Positions 19,841 to 29,593 of a DNA stretch of 64,000 nucleotides are shown here, in pieces. The translations under genes and the position numbers were made by a program. Within the stretch, counting starts at the first letter, position 1. Each line of letters opens with the position of its first letter. Under the pieces are notes generated by a model. That model worked only from the letters and a program-made list of their open reading frames with translations, was not told the DNA's origin and did not search any database. The stretch is from a virus (taxonomy: Duplodnaviria > Caudoviricetes), in the IMG/VR virus record IMGVR_UViG_3300021399_000098; one strand, 5' to 3'.

Positions 19841-20887
19841 TTAAATATCATCGAATGAAACACCCTCTATTTTCTTTTTTAATTGTTCCATATTATTACA
19901 AACATTATCATTTGTGTAAAGTCCATCAAACTTTTTGCTAGACTTATAATAAGGTACTGTATTCTTTTTTGGGATATAATATAACAATTTTATCCCTTTT
20001 TCTTTACATAACTTATTTTTATACAAGTCTCTATGCAAATTTTTCTCAAATTCTTCCTCAGCCCATTTTTCTCCTCTCCCAGCAAAATCTACTGATTTAA
20101 AATGCTGTCTCCCTTGACATTCTATTGCAACATTTTCTTTAACAAGATAAAAATCAAGTGAATTTTTATTATTAGTCTTATCGTATCTATATTGACTAAT
20201 AAAATCAATTTTATTTTCTAATAGCCAGTTAAAGACCTCTTTTTCTAACTTACTTTGAGCACAATGAGGACACCCCCTACCTCTTAAATGGTTATTTGGA
20301 GTAACATAAAATATCCCATGTTTTTTACATATCACTGGTATTTTTGTTCTATTATTGGAATATTTAGTAAACAATGAATAATCATATAAATCTCCATAAA
20401 CATTTTTAAATTGTTCTTTAACATTATCCACTGTTAATCTCCCTCTACTATCCCATATTCTTTTACATTTACATTTAGGACAACCTTGACCACGAATGTG
20501 GTCTACTGGTCTTTGCCAGAATTCACCGTGTTCTACACCATTTTCGTCTTTTTCATGGCAAATTATGCATACATTATTATGTGTCCCATTTACTTCAGAC
20601 TTTGAATAATCATACCTCCCATCATGAACTTTTTTTGCTTCATTGATAAATGATTCAGTTGTTCTCTTGGCATTTCCACTACAATATGGACATCCATGTT
20701 TTCTATTTATGTGATGGTCAAAATCTTGATAAAAAACACCATGTTCAATACCATTTTTATCTTTTTCGTGACACACAATTGGATATTTTACTCTGTTATT
20801 TTTGTACTCATGGATTAACGAATAATCATATTTGTGATTATGAATTTCATTTGCTTTGTCTATTACTTTTTCTAAATTACATTTCAT
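19841..20887 (-). CDS. Putative homing endonuclease (three Cys/His repeats plus a PD-(D/E)xK domain) ending in a copy of the sheath C-terminus
   Basis: 3x HG.F....H...GCP.C; SKLEKEV, LDFYL..VAIECQGRQHF; C-terminus EGVSFDDI*. Confidence 0.8.
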   Translation of the reverse strand: MKCNLEKVIDKANEIHNHKYDYSLIHEYKNNRVKYPIVCHEKDKNGIEHGVFYQDFDHHINRKHGCPYCSGNAKRTTESFINEAKKVHDGRYDYSKSEVNGTHNNVCIICHEKDENGVEHGEFWQRPVDHIRGQGCPKCKCKRIWDSRGRLTVDNVKEQFKNVYGDLYDYSLFTKYSNNRTKIPVICKKHGIFYVTPNNHLRGRGCPHCAQSKLEKEVFNWLLENKIDFISQYRYDKTNNKNSLDFYLVKENVAIECQGRQHFKSVDFAGRGEKWAEEEFEKNLHRDLYKNKLCKEKGIKLLYYIPKKNTVPYYKSSKKFDGLYTNDNVCNNMEQLKKKIEGVSFDDI

Positions 20888-20987
20888 ACTTCCTTCTATT
20901 TTAATATAAATAGTTACTAAACTCAAAAACCACTCCTTCTGGTGCAAAGATATGTAATATTTTTTTAATAAACAAATTTTTAGCCAA

Positions 20988-21023
20988 AAAAAAAACTAGA
21001 AAGACTATCTTTCTAGTTTTTTT
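20988..21023 (-). terminator. Terminator after the sheath gene
   Basis: A-run, ctagaaaga-cta-tctttctag, T-run. Confidence 0.65.
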
Positions 21024-21049
21024 ATTGGTTTATTTGATTCTATCAAATA

Positions 21050-24000
21050 TTAAATATCGTCAAAAGAGACCCCCTCTGGGGATAAAATAAAATCGATTGT
21101 TATGTACTCAAGAGCATTGTAAGGCTTGAAGTAAATCTTACATGGAAGCTCTCTTCTCTCTCTTGACTCGATTGAGTCGTTAACCTCGATTCTGTAGTCT
21201 GAGATACCTCTGTTGCCTCTGATGCTATCCAAAATTGGAGTTACAGTTGAAATGAATGACTGCTTAACTGTTGCATCATTTGGTTCAAAGATTAAACCGA
21301 TACATGAAATTGCAATAAGCTTTCTCAACCTTAGAAGCAATCTACGAACTGCGATTCTATTAAGTTGTGACTCATTAATCTGCAAGTTCTTTTGACCCCA
21401 AATCTTTGGACCGTCTTGCGCAAAGGTCTTAACTGGGTTAATTCTACCATCGTACAATACATCCTCGTCAGCCAACTTAGTGATGAAGTGTGCTCTTACG
21501 CAATCAACATTACCACGCTCAATACCTGCTGGTGCGAACCAAGGCCATGCTGTGTTATCAGTCTGTGCGAAGTTTCTAACTGCATCCTTTGTAGGTGGTA
21601 AGTAAATGTATTGATTGTTATCAACATCCAAATACTTAACCCAAGGATAATATGTACATGAATAGTTAGAATCAATTTCAGTGTCCTCTAGGTTATAAAC
21701 TGCATCCTCTGGTGTATACATTTCATCAACGAAATCATCTGCACCACTTGGCTTATCAGGAGTTGTTATAACATAGATACTGTCAGCTCTTTCCTCTTCA
21801 ATCATTTCGATTGCCTCTTCTACAAGAAGCTTCTGATTTACATAGTCAATACCTGGAGTTGCAAATACGTTAATATCTGTTGCCTCTGGTGTTGCGAACT
21901 GTCTAATACCGCTCAAGTAAGCATACCAGTCAGATGTGATACCATTCTGATTCAACTGTAGAAGCTCAGGATTCATAATCTTACTGAATGCATAACCCTC
22001 ACCACTGTTTTGGTTGATATAACCTCTGTACTGTGACATCTTGAACTTGTCAGTGTTGGTTCTCTGGTCTCTGTAAACATCCCATCCATCGAATCCTCCA
22101 TAGAAGAATACAGTGAATTTACGAAGATTTACATACTCATAGATTGAACCATACATGTTCTCTTCCTTGTCAATGATAGGTGCTCTGTCAAGAACTTGTG
22201 TTCTAGCATTAGTTGAAACGCTATCGAATACATATCCATACTCTCCATCAACAGTGACAGAACCACTTGATACACCACCATTGGCATAATCCAAACGGCT
22301 ATCTAGATGGAAGCCATGAGAAAGGAATTCAGGTTCATTAATATAAGTCATATTACCCTTGAATGTGAAGTTATCAATGTCAACTCCTACCCATGAAGAA
22401 AGTCCAAAGTATTGCTTTCTATTCTTAATATCTTCATCGAAGTCTCTATTGTACTTGATTGTTGGGAATGAAACTCCTTCCAATGCATCACCTGCGATTG
22501 GAGTACCACTGTACATTGGAATTGGATAACCCAAGAAGCCTGCTGGTACTGAATTCTTAGCAGCCAATGTATCATTTACCTCAACAGTGATGAACTTTGA
22601 CTTAGACTCATATACACCATCAAATGAACCAATCTTGAATGCTATGTAATTTGAATCACCTGGAACCATTGAGCATCTTCCAAACTTCTCAAGTGGGATG
22701 ATTGATTCATCAAGGTCATCAATTCTACGTACTACAACGTCAAATACGCCCTCATCAGGTCTAATGTTCTCAATAGATACCTTAACCTCGTAGTTAGCAT
22801 TGTCACCGTCAGAAATGGTGTGGAATCTGAACAACTTGTTAACCTCAACTTTCTCCAAGTCACCCTTCAAGTTAGAAACAATCCAAGGAGTAGAAGCATA
22901 TCTGTAAGCTGACTTATAATCATTCATATCAAACTTAACATAAGTAACATTAGATTCATCGTCATCCATTCTATAATATAAGCCGTCTGCCTTGTTGTAA
23001 ACCAATGTTGAAGTGTTACTAGTGTTGCCTTTAGTGCCACCATACTTCAAGTTACCGTAGTAGTTAACCTTATCTGATTCACTAGTAGCACTAGAAGTTC
23101 CGCTAGTAACGCTATCTGCGGTATAATAAGTATATAAATACTGTCTCTTACTGTCTTGTGTGGTATATTGCTTTACAGTATAAATCTGTCCAACCTTAAT
23201 TGCTTCTTGAACAACATCATTAGCTACATCTGTCCAAGCTGAAGAAGAAGAAACTAACTCGTATCCTGTTGGGATTGTTGGACTATCGATTTCCTTCTTT
23301 GGTCTATTACTCCAAGTTAAATATTCGGTTGTGGCTGTTGTCAATCCACTTGTTTCTGAAGTATTTCCTTTCCATTGATAGTTCCATTTTATCATCTTTT
23401 CTTCATCAGCACATTGTACTCCTGTAGTAGCAGTTTGGTCTAGAACATATGCATCCTTAAGTATTTGTGGATTGTTGCTGCTAAAGATATAAGGTGTACA
23501 TAAGATACCCTTGTCGCTTGCATTATTATCTGCCAAGTATCTCATACCAACGTACTTTCTAGTAAGTGCCGTATGAGGAATTGTCATTAATGCACTAATT
23601 GGCTGATGCCAACAATAGTCAGCGATTGCATATGCTTGAACACCAACTAATGTGCTATCAATCTGATTAAGACTAAGTGCTGCAATACCTTGCTCAAGTG
23701 CAACGTCATAAAGAGACTCGACATAGATTGGTGAATCACCATTATCTGCCTTTGTACCCAAAACCTTTAAGATATATTCCTTATCCTCTGGGTTTAAACT
23801 CACTGCATATTCAAAATAACCACTATCACCACTTGAAGGTGTGGTATTGTCCGCATGAGGGCCTTTTATACCTTTAATCTTGAATCTTCCTCTGTTGGTC
23901 TGTGAAATTGACCATGAGCCAGCACCGCCAGACATGCTATGACCATCGCACTCATTACCACTGTCAGTCATTGGAATGTATTCTGAAATCGTCAATGCAC

Positions 24001-24529
24001 TTAAATTGTATGTGTTCTTAACGCAATCAGAAGCAGAATTACCACTTACCTCTCCGACTTCATATTGTAGAACATCATACTTGCTAGGTTCACAAGTACA
24101 AGCTGTGGTTGAGCCTGTCTTATATAAATCGTATCCACCTCTTGAACGTAGGACAACAACTGCTTGTCTGTCACTATTACCTCCATTTGATGCCGTTACA
24201 ATCCATGCAGGACCTGCGTTGTAACCACTTAGACCAAGTACACGCACAACTTTAAGTTGCTCACTTTCAGTCAAATATGACTTAGCAATGTAAGGCAACT
24301 CGTATTTAGGATATTTACTTCCCTTGAATTTCTCTGTACTTGTTCCACCAAACATTTCTTGGAACTCACGCCAGTTAGCAATGTCCATTGGCTGAAAAGC
24401 TGGACCTTTTAGGGTCTCACCAACAACACCAAGTGTTGTGATACCAAGACTACGGACAGCGTAAGTCATGTCTATCTCACGAGTATAAATACCTGGTGAA
24501 ACATGTATTCCTCTTGCATTATCTGCCAT
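21050..24529 (-). CDS. Tail sheath protein (contractile tail)
   Basis: VSPGIYTREID, GETLKGPAF, PWFAPAGIERG, RINPV, IWGQKNLQ, LNRIAVRRLL, FEPND. Confidence 0.95.
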   Translation of the reverse strand: MADNARGIHVSPGIYTREIDMTYAVRSLGITTLGVVGETLKGPAFQPMDIANWREFQEMFGGTSTEKFKGSKYPKYELPYIAKSYLTESEQLKVVRVLGLSGYNAGPAWIVTASNGGNSDRQAVVVLRSRGGYDLYKTGSTTACTCEPSKYDVLQYEVGEVSGNSASDCVKNTYNLSALTISEYIPMTDSGNECDGHSMSGGAGSWSISQTNRGRFKIKGIKGPHADNTTPSSGDSGYFEYAVSLNPEDKEYILKVLGTKADNGDSPIYVESLYDVALEQGIAALSLNQIDSTLVGVQAYAIADYCWHQPISALMTIPHTALTRKYVGMRYLADNNASDKGILCTPYIFSSNNPQILKDAYVLDQTATTGVQCADEEKMIKWNYQWKGNTSETSGLTTATTEYLTWSNRPKKEIDSPTIPTGYELVSSSSAWTDVANDVVQEAIKVGQIYTVKQYTTQDSKRQYLYTYYTADSVTSGTSSATSESDKVNYYGNLKYGGTKGNTSNTSTLVYNKADGLYYRMDDDESNVTYVKFDMNDYKSAYRYASTPWIVSNLKGDLEKVEVNKLFRFHTISDGDNANYEVKVSIENIRPDEGVFDVVVRRIDDLDESIIPLEKFGRCSMVPGDSNYIAFKIGSFDGVYESKSKFITVEVNDTLAAKNSVPAGFLGYPIPMYSGTPIAGDALEGVSFPTIKYNRDFDEDIKNRKQYFGLSSWVGVDIDNFTFKGNMTYINEPEFLSHGFHLDSRLDYANGGVSSGSVTVDGEYGYVFDSVSTNARTQVLDRAPIIDKEENMYGSIYEYVNLRKFTVFFYGGFDGWDVYRDQRTNTDKFKMSQYRGYINQNSGEGYAFSKIMNPELLQLNQNGITSDWYAYLSGIRQFATPEATDINVFATPGIDYVNQKLLVEEAIEMIEEERADSIYVITTPDKPSGADDFVDEMYTPEDAVYNLEDTEIDSNYSCTYYPWVKYLDVDNNQYIYLPPTKDAVRNFAQTDNTAWPWFAPAGIERGNVDCVRAHFITKLADEDVLYDGRINPVKTFAQDGPKIWGQKNLQINESQLNRIAVRRLLLRLRKLIAISCIGLIFEPNDATVKQSFISTVTPILDSIRGNRGISDYRIEVNDSIESRERRELPCKIYFKPYNALEYITIDFILSPEGVSFDDI

Positions 24530-24597
24530 AATTCTTATAATATTTTAATTTTATTAGTTATTTTTCCTATATATAAATATTTAGTTTATCTCAAAGA

Positions 24598-24930
24598 TTA
24601 CTCCCAAAATTTATTTTTTAAGATAATATTTTCAAATTCCTCGTCTTTAAACTTAGAAGCTACGTATTCGATGAACTCTATTGTTTCATTTTGGTCATAT
24701 GGTACTTCCGAATCCATTACCATGTTATGATACTCCTTGAGCTTTTCAGAATCATCAAATTTCTTTGCATATTCATCTTGAATATAGAAAGCATAATTGG
24801 TTATCCTTCCTATGGATTTCAACAGCTCATAAAGCTTAAAAGCATCACCAAAATTCATTTTAAACTTGAACCTAACGTCTATTTCAAGTAAAAGTCTTTC
24901 CAAAACCATAAGTTCTTTAACTTTAATCAT
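24598..24930 (-). CDS. Hypothetical protein
   Basis: 110-aa ORF co-oriented with the tail genes. Confidence 0.65.
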   Translation of the reverse strand: MIKVKELMVLERLLLEIDVRFKFKMNFGDAFKLYELLKSIGRITNYAFYIQDEYAKKFDDSEKLKEYHNMVMDSEVPYDQNETIEFIEYVASKFKDEEFENIILKNKFWE

Positions 24931-25007
24931 AACAATAATATTTTATTATTAATAAATATTGTATGAAAACAGAAAGTACAAAAAAATAAGAGCGGCTTGC
25001 GTCACTC

Positions 25008-26321
25008 TTATTCTTCTTTGGGGTTAACCAAAATATGTTCTTCATCAATCGGCTCATCCAATGATGTTTCATTAAGTGCTTGGGAATCAAATGCCACTTC
25101 TGGGTCATATCCCACCAACACAACCTCTGACGCGGATTCCAAGTCATCCCTACTAATCTTTACGGTTATTTTATCGCCATTTAAGAATTTAATCTCATTT
25201 TCAAGATTCATGACTTCATCGTTGACTAATAGTTTGAAATCATATACATTTGACGTTTCAACAGAGGTGAGAACCATATCTTTGTCTATCTGGAATTCCA
25301 ACTCCAATATACAGTCGAAATTCATTATGACCTTCATCACCTTATTGTAATACCTTGATGGTTCTGATGCGCAACAATCATCTGCATCATCTGTTTCTTC
25401 ATGTAATTCAGTAGGCATATCATGCGGCTTCATTGTAGGAACTACACATCTTTCATCGTTAAGCATTGCTTCAAGGTTAAACTCTTGGTCTTCGTCCTTG
25501 CTGAAATTGATGAATTTGACCTTTTCGTCCTCCCTGCGGTTCTTACCCCTACGATGGACTATTCCGCTAGCGTCAGAGTCCTTCCAAGGCAATATGAACA
25601 AAGAAGGAATCCTTTCTACCTTATAGTCCTCTTTCCTTATGATATATCCCCTTACTTTAACCTTATATGTCTGGGAATAATACCTTCTGTCGTTTATTTC
25701 ATACTCAGAGTTGTCGGACACATCTTCCAAAGTCATTGACATTGGGTGGCCGTTAGGCGATATGTAACAGTCTATAGCACTAAACTCGTAGTGCATCAAC
25801 TCATTCATTTCATTCACAAGCTCCATCTTATTGGTGACGATTGAAATGGAATACATGAAATTGACAGCGAAAGGCTGTTTCATCGTATACTTGTCAAATG
25901 CTTCAGTACCATTCTCTTGCAACACTGGCACATAGAACATTGCGAAATCCTTATGTCCTGGAATGTTAAAATAGTTTCCTTGGTTTTCACCTTTCTGTGG
26001 GTTATTTTCGCGTGTAATCGTCTTGAAATTGATGATTGGGTTGCCAGTATCATCTTGTTTATCCCATTCTTGAAGGTATTCACTTAACCTCTGTGTACTA
26101 TACAATTTATACGTAGGAAGCCTTTTACCATCGTATTCCATTCGGATTTTCTCATCCACCCAACGGAACATAGCTTCATCTATATCCGAATACTCTATTG
26201 GTTTTGGAAAATATGATTGGTTCTCCAATATGAGTTTAGACATATTTCTACGTCTCTCTACTCCCTTTGCATGGTTTCTGAGGCGTAGCTTATCCATATA
26301 TGGTTTTGGCTGTACTAACAT
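25008..26321 (-). CDS. Putative tail completion/terminator protein (gp15-like)
   Basis: DIDEAMFRWV, QPFAVNFMYSISI, RRYYSQTYKVKVRGYII; directly upstream of the sheath gene. Confidence 0.5.
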   Translation of the reverse strand: MLVQPKPYMDKLRLRNHAKGVERRRNMSKLILENQSYFPKPIEYSDIDEAMFRWVDEKIRMEYDGKRLPTYKLYSTQRLSEYLQEWDKQDDTGNPIINFKTITRENNPQKGENQGNYFNIPGHKDFAMFYVPVLQENGTEAFDKYTMKQPFAVNFMYSISIVTNKMELVNEMNELMHYEFSAIDCYISPNGHPMSMTLEDVSDNSEYEINDRRYYSQTYKVKVRGYIIRKEDYKVERIPSLFILPWKDSDASGIVHRRGKNRREDEKVKFINFSKDEDQEFNLEAMLNDERCVVPTMKPHDMPTELHEETDDADDCCASEPSRYYNKVMKVIMNFDCILELEFQIDKDMVLTSVETSNVYDFKLLVNDEVMNLENEIKFLNGDKITVKISRDDLESASEVVLVGYDPEVAFDSQALNETSLDEPIDEEHILVNPKEE

Positions 26322-26353
26322 TTCTAACTATATTATTTACAATAAATACTTGT

Positions 26354-26536
26354 TTAATCCGTCTTTTTCTTCTTTAACTCTTCAATTAATTTGTCAGCGT
26401 AATTCACGGCAATATCTGCAATTTGTTTCCTAAACACAAATTGAAATATAAATACCATAATTGAACTGCTTAATATCGCATTCATAATGTTTATAGAAGC
26501 ATCTACCCTTACTTGTTCCCAATTAATGTTATCCAT
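26354..26536 (-). CDS. Small hypothetical protein
   Basis: INWEQVRVDASINIMNAIL...AVNYADKLIEELKK. Confidence 0.6.
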   Translation of the reverse strand: MDNINWEQVRVDASINIMNAILSSSIMVFIFQFVFRKQIADIAVNYADKLIEELKKKKTD

Positions 26537-26557
26537 TATTAATAACTAACATATTTT

Positions 26558-27028
26558 TCATGAATTAAATTTTTCCTTTAATATTTTTTTCTTTTCTTCA
26601 AATGGTTTTGATACAATGTACATAAAATCATCTTTATGCTTTTCTATATACTCGTCAAGAGTACATATAGGTTTGCAAGGCACTCCTGCCGCAACCGTAT
26701 TTGATGGAATATCACGATTTACAACACTTCCAGCCCCAATAATACAATTATCCCCAATTTTAACATTGGGAAGAATAACACTTCTACATCCTATAAAACA
26801 GTTTTTTCCAACTGTTATTGGGCCGTAAATCACAGTTTCCTTGTTTCCATTTGGTAAATTCCTTATCACCCTAGTTGCAGCATCGTGCGTAACAAAAGCG
26901 CAATCAAATGATACTGTTGTGTCATCACCAATCGTTATAAGATATGGCTCAGAACCAAAATTAGCCCCACCTATCACTTTAACATTCTTTCCAAGGTTGG
27001 GTTCTCCATAATTTTTTACTGTATACAT
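26558..27028 (-). CDS. Hexapeptide-repeat (left-handed beta-helix) O-acyltransferase
   Basis: EPYLITIGD, FVTHD, VGKNCFIG, IGDNCIIGAGSVV, AAGVPCK. Confidence 0.9.
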   Translation of the reverse strand: MYTVKNYGEPNLGKNVKVIGGANFGSEPYLITIGDDTTVSFDCAFVTHDAATRVIRNLPNGNKETVIYGPITVGKNCFIGCRSVILPNVKIGDNCIIGAGSVVNRDIPSNTVAAGVPCKPICTLDEYIEKHKDDFMYIVSKPFEEKKKILKEKFNS

Positions 27029-27055
27029 AAGTTTACAACTAACATTTTACACCTA

Positions 27056-27067
27056 ATAAATATTTAT
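27056..27067. promoter_or_regulatory. Palindromic ATAAATATTTAT between divergent genes (candidate bidirectional late promoter)
   Basis: An identical palindrome lies at 59731-59742, also between divergent genes. Confidence 0.5.
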
Positions 27068-27087
27068 AGAAAATAAAAAGCAAAACC

Positions 27088-27522
27088 ATGAAAAAAATTA
27101 TTAGACTTACTGAAAGTGATTTACATAACATTGTCAAAAAATCTGTAAACAAAATACTTAGAGAAAGCTTTGATAGATGGACTGAAAAAGGTTCATGCTA
27201 TATATCAGACAAATTCTTAGAGGCTGTTGCGCAAGTTGTAGATGAAGATGTTTACGATTCACTAAACGCATACGTATCAAATAACCCAAAAGCATTTTAC
27301 CTCATAGGCGTATTCGATGTGGGTTATGATGACGAAACTGGTTATGGAGACAAAAACTCTCTAGTATATGAACTAAGAGATGTTAAAGGAAAAGACAAGG
27401 CAATGCAATACCTTATGAACTTCCAAACTGACACACAGACATTGAAAACTATTATACAAATATTTAACAATGTGGTCATAAACCTTGATGAGACTGATTT
27501 TGGTTTAGGCGAAGAATATTAA
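27088..27522 (+). CDS. Hypothetical protein with N-terminal IRLTESDLHNIVKKSV tag
   Basis: Shared motif; own promoter motif and terminator. Confidence 0.8.
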   Translation: MKKIIRLTESDLHNIVKKSVNKILRESFDRWTEKGSCYISDKFLEAVAQVVDEDVYDSLNAYVSNNPKAFYLIGVFDVGYDDETGYGDKNSLVYELRDVKGKDKAMQYLMNFQTDTQTLKTIIQIFNNVVINLDETDFGLGEEY

Positions 27523-27528
27523 CGAATT

Positions 27529-27562
27529 AAAAAAAGGAGTAGTATACGCTACTCCTTTTTTT
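27529..27562. terminator. Bidirectional terminator
   Basis: aaaaaaaggagtag-tatacg-ctactccttttttt. Confidence 0.8.
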
Positions 27563-27579
27563 ATTAGTATTATTAACAT

Positions 27580-29388
27580 TTATGCAAAATTCAATGTCAA
27601 ACCATTTACAACTGGGTCTGTGATTGTGCCAGTTTTGCCGATGTTGTAAAGGTAGAATACTTGGTTCTTCTCACCGAAGTTATTCTCAGTCACCTTAACG
27701 CCATTGTACTTACAATTCTTGAAGTTGAATGTCCAAGTCTTGACATTTGACAAGTCACCGCCTAATGCAATGTCAGTAGTTGCTGGTTGGTAGATAATCA
27801 ATCCTGCCCATCCCCAATCTGCTGCTTCCTTATTTGGAGTGTTCTCATACGTCCAAGAAACGTTCTCGAAGTTAACGGTAACACCAGTAGCGTTCTTGTA
27901 GTTTGCAAGTCTCAATGCATTTGAGTTGTTAACATTCAAGTTAAGATTAACGTCTGAAATGTTGATTACAGCATTGTTATTTGGTCTGTAGATGTTAAAT
28001 ACATTGTGCTTCAAAGCAACGTCATCGACCTTCACGTTAGATGCGCTGAATGAATCAGTACCTGCACCAACTTCCTCGAATACGTTATAAGCCTTAGAAC
28101 CGTCTGCAACTGTGATGTTTGAAACATCAACCTTTGGAGCGTCTACCAAGAAATATCCGTTTGAAGAACCCTTGTCGCCAGTTACCTCAACGCCATCAAG
28201 TGCTATTGACTCAACTGCTGCAATGTTAACTTGCTGTGCTGCCTCAACGTTTGCAATTTCAAGGTTCTTGAATGTCTTCTTTGCTGCAAGTGCATTCAAT
28301 GCCTCTTCGCCACCGATGAATACATCAGCATCTTGTGGGTTTGTAATTGCTGTTATATCTTCAGCAGTGTTAGCAACCACAGTGTCATCATCGAAGAAAC
28401 CGCAGTCAAGCATTGATGCAAACTTGATTCCATCCTTATCAACTGATATAGGGTTCTTAATAGCAGGAGCAGAATAACCAGCTGCAACAGCCTTAACCTT
28501 GTTTGAAGCGATTGAAATACCATCACTTGCCTCAAGTCTCTCTTCGTCAGCCTTCTTGTCGATTGCTGCTTGTATGCCCTCAACCCTAATACCATCCTCG
28601 TCTACAACAAGGAATTCCTCACTGTGAGCATTATGCTTGATTGAAATAGTGTTGCTGTCATTGTCAATATCAATACCGTCACCAGCAGTATAGTAATCAA
28701 CCAAATCCTTAGTGTTGATATAAACAGCCTCCTCTTGATTTGCAATCACAAGCTTAATTGCAGTGTCAGTACCTTCTTCGTCCTCAGTGAAAGTGTCACC
28801 ACTCCAATAACCGTGAACCAATGAACCACTAGTTACAACAAGGTCTTTAGGAATGTCAATTTTACCAATCTTTTTATCGCCTTGAGACAAAACATAAGTC
28901 TTAAGATAACCGCTTGTTGCCTCGCCAGCTACAGTTAAACTGATTGTAAGAGCATCTGCAAGCTCTTCTGCAAGCTCTTCCAATGCATCAGCTATGGTGT
29001 AGTCTTCCGTAAAACCACTGCCAATTCTGTCATTGATGTCATTGATTGCGTCAGTAAGAGTAGTTCCGTCAATTCCATCGCCAATTGTTTCATTGATTTT
29101 AGCAATGTCTTTCTTTATCTGTTCAACATCTGCTGCGCTTCCATCAATGTCAAGAATTGTGTAAGATGATTGACCGCCACCTGCGTCTTCCATTTCATTA
29201 GCGTTAGCATAGAAACCTACCAATGTTCTAATGATTGAGCCTCCACCTACCACTGGGTCAAGATAACGTGCCAATTTTGCAACACCATCATTAGTTGCTG
29301 ATTGTGTTAATCCTTGGATTGCTAAATCCTTGTTAGCATAGACCTTACCATTACGTAAAAGTCCTAATGAATAAAGATTTTTAATCAT
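27580..29388 (-). CDS. Virion structural / fibre-associated protein with a beta-helix-like C-terminus
   Basis: 602 aa; N-terminus (LLRNGKVY) shared with the 36151 protein; YTAGDGIDI repeats; LDCGFF motif. Confidence 0.6.
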   Translation of the reverse strand: MIKNLYSLGLLRNGKVYANKDLAIQGLTQSATNDGVAKLARYLDPVVGGGSIIRTLVGFYANANEMEDAGGGQSSYTILDIDGSAADVEQIKKDIAKINETIGDGIDGTTLTDAINDINDRIGSGFTEDYTIADALEELAEELADALTISLTVAGEATSGYLKTYVLSQGDKKIGKIDIPKDLVVTSGSLVHGYWSGDTFTEDEEGTDTAIKLVIANQEEAVYINTKDLVDYYTAGDGIDIDNDSNTISIKHNAHSEEFLVVDEDGIRVEGIQAAIDKKADEERLEASDGISIASNKVKAVAAGYSAPAIKNPISVDKDGIKFASMLDCGFFDDDTVVANTAEDITAITNPQDADVFIGGEEALNALAAKKTFKNLEIANVEAAQQVNIAAVESIALDGVEVTGDKGSSNGYFLVDAPKVDVSNITVADGSKAYNVFEEVGAGTDSFSASNVKVDDVALKHNVFNIYRPNNNAVINISDVNLNLNVNNSNALRLANYKNATGVTVNFENVSWTYENTPNKEAADWGWAGLIIYQPATTDIALGGDLSNVKTWTFNFKNCKYNGVKVTENNFGEKNQVFYLYNIGKTGTITDPVVNGLTLNFA

Positions 29389-29593
29389 AATTTATTAAAA
29401 TATTTTATTAGTTTATTATCTATTTTTGATAATTGTTACATTTAATAATAAATATTTCAAATTCAAATATAAAAATATTATGCCAATGAATAATATTTTT
29501 CACAGAATTGAAATCTATCATCCAAATCATATGGTTGGATAATGAATTACCATACAGCGATAACTGTGTTGAAACAAACGTCAGTTCGGTTCG

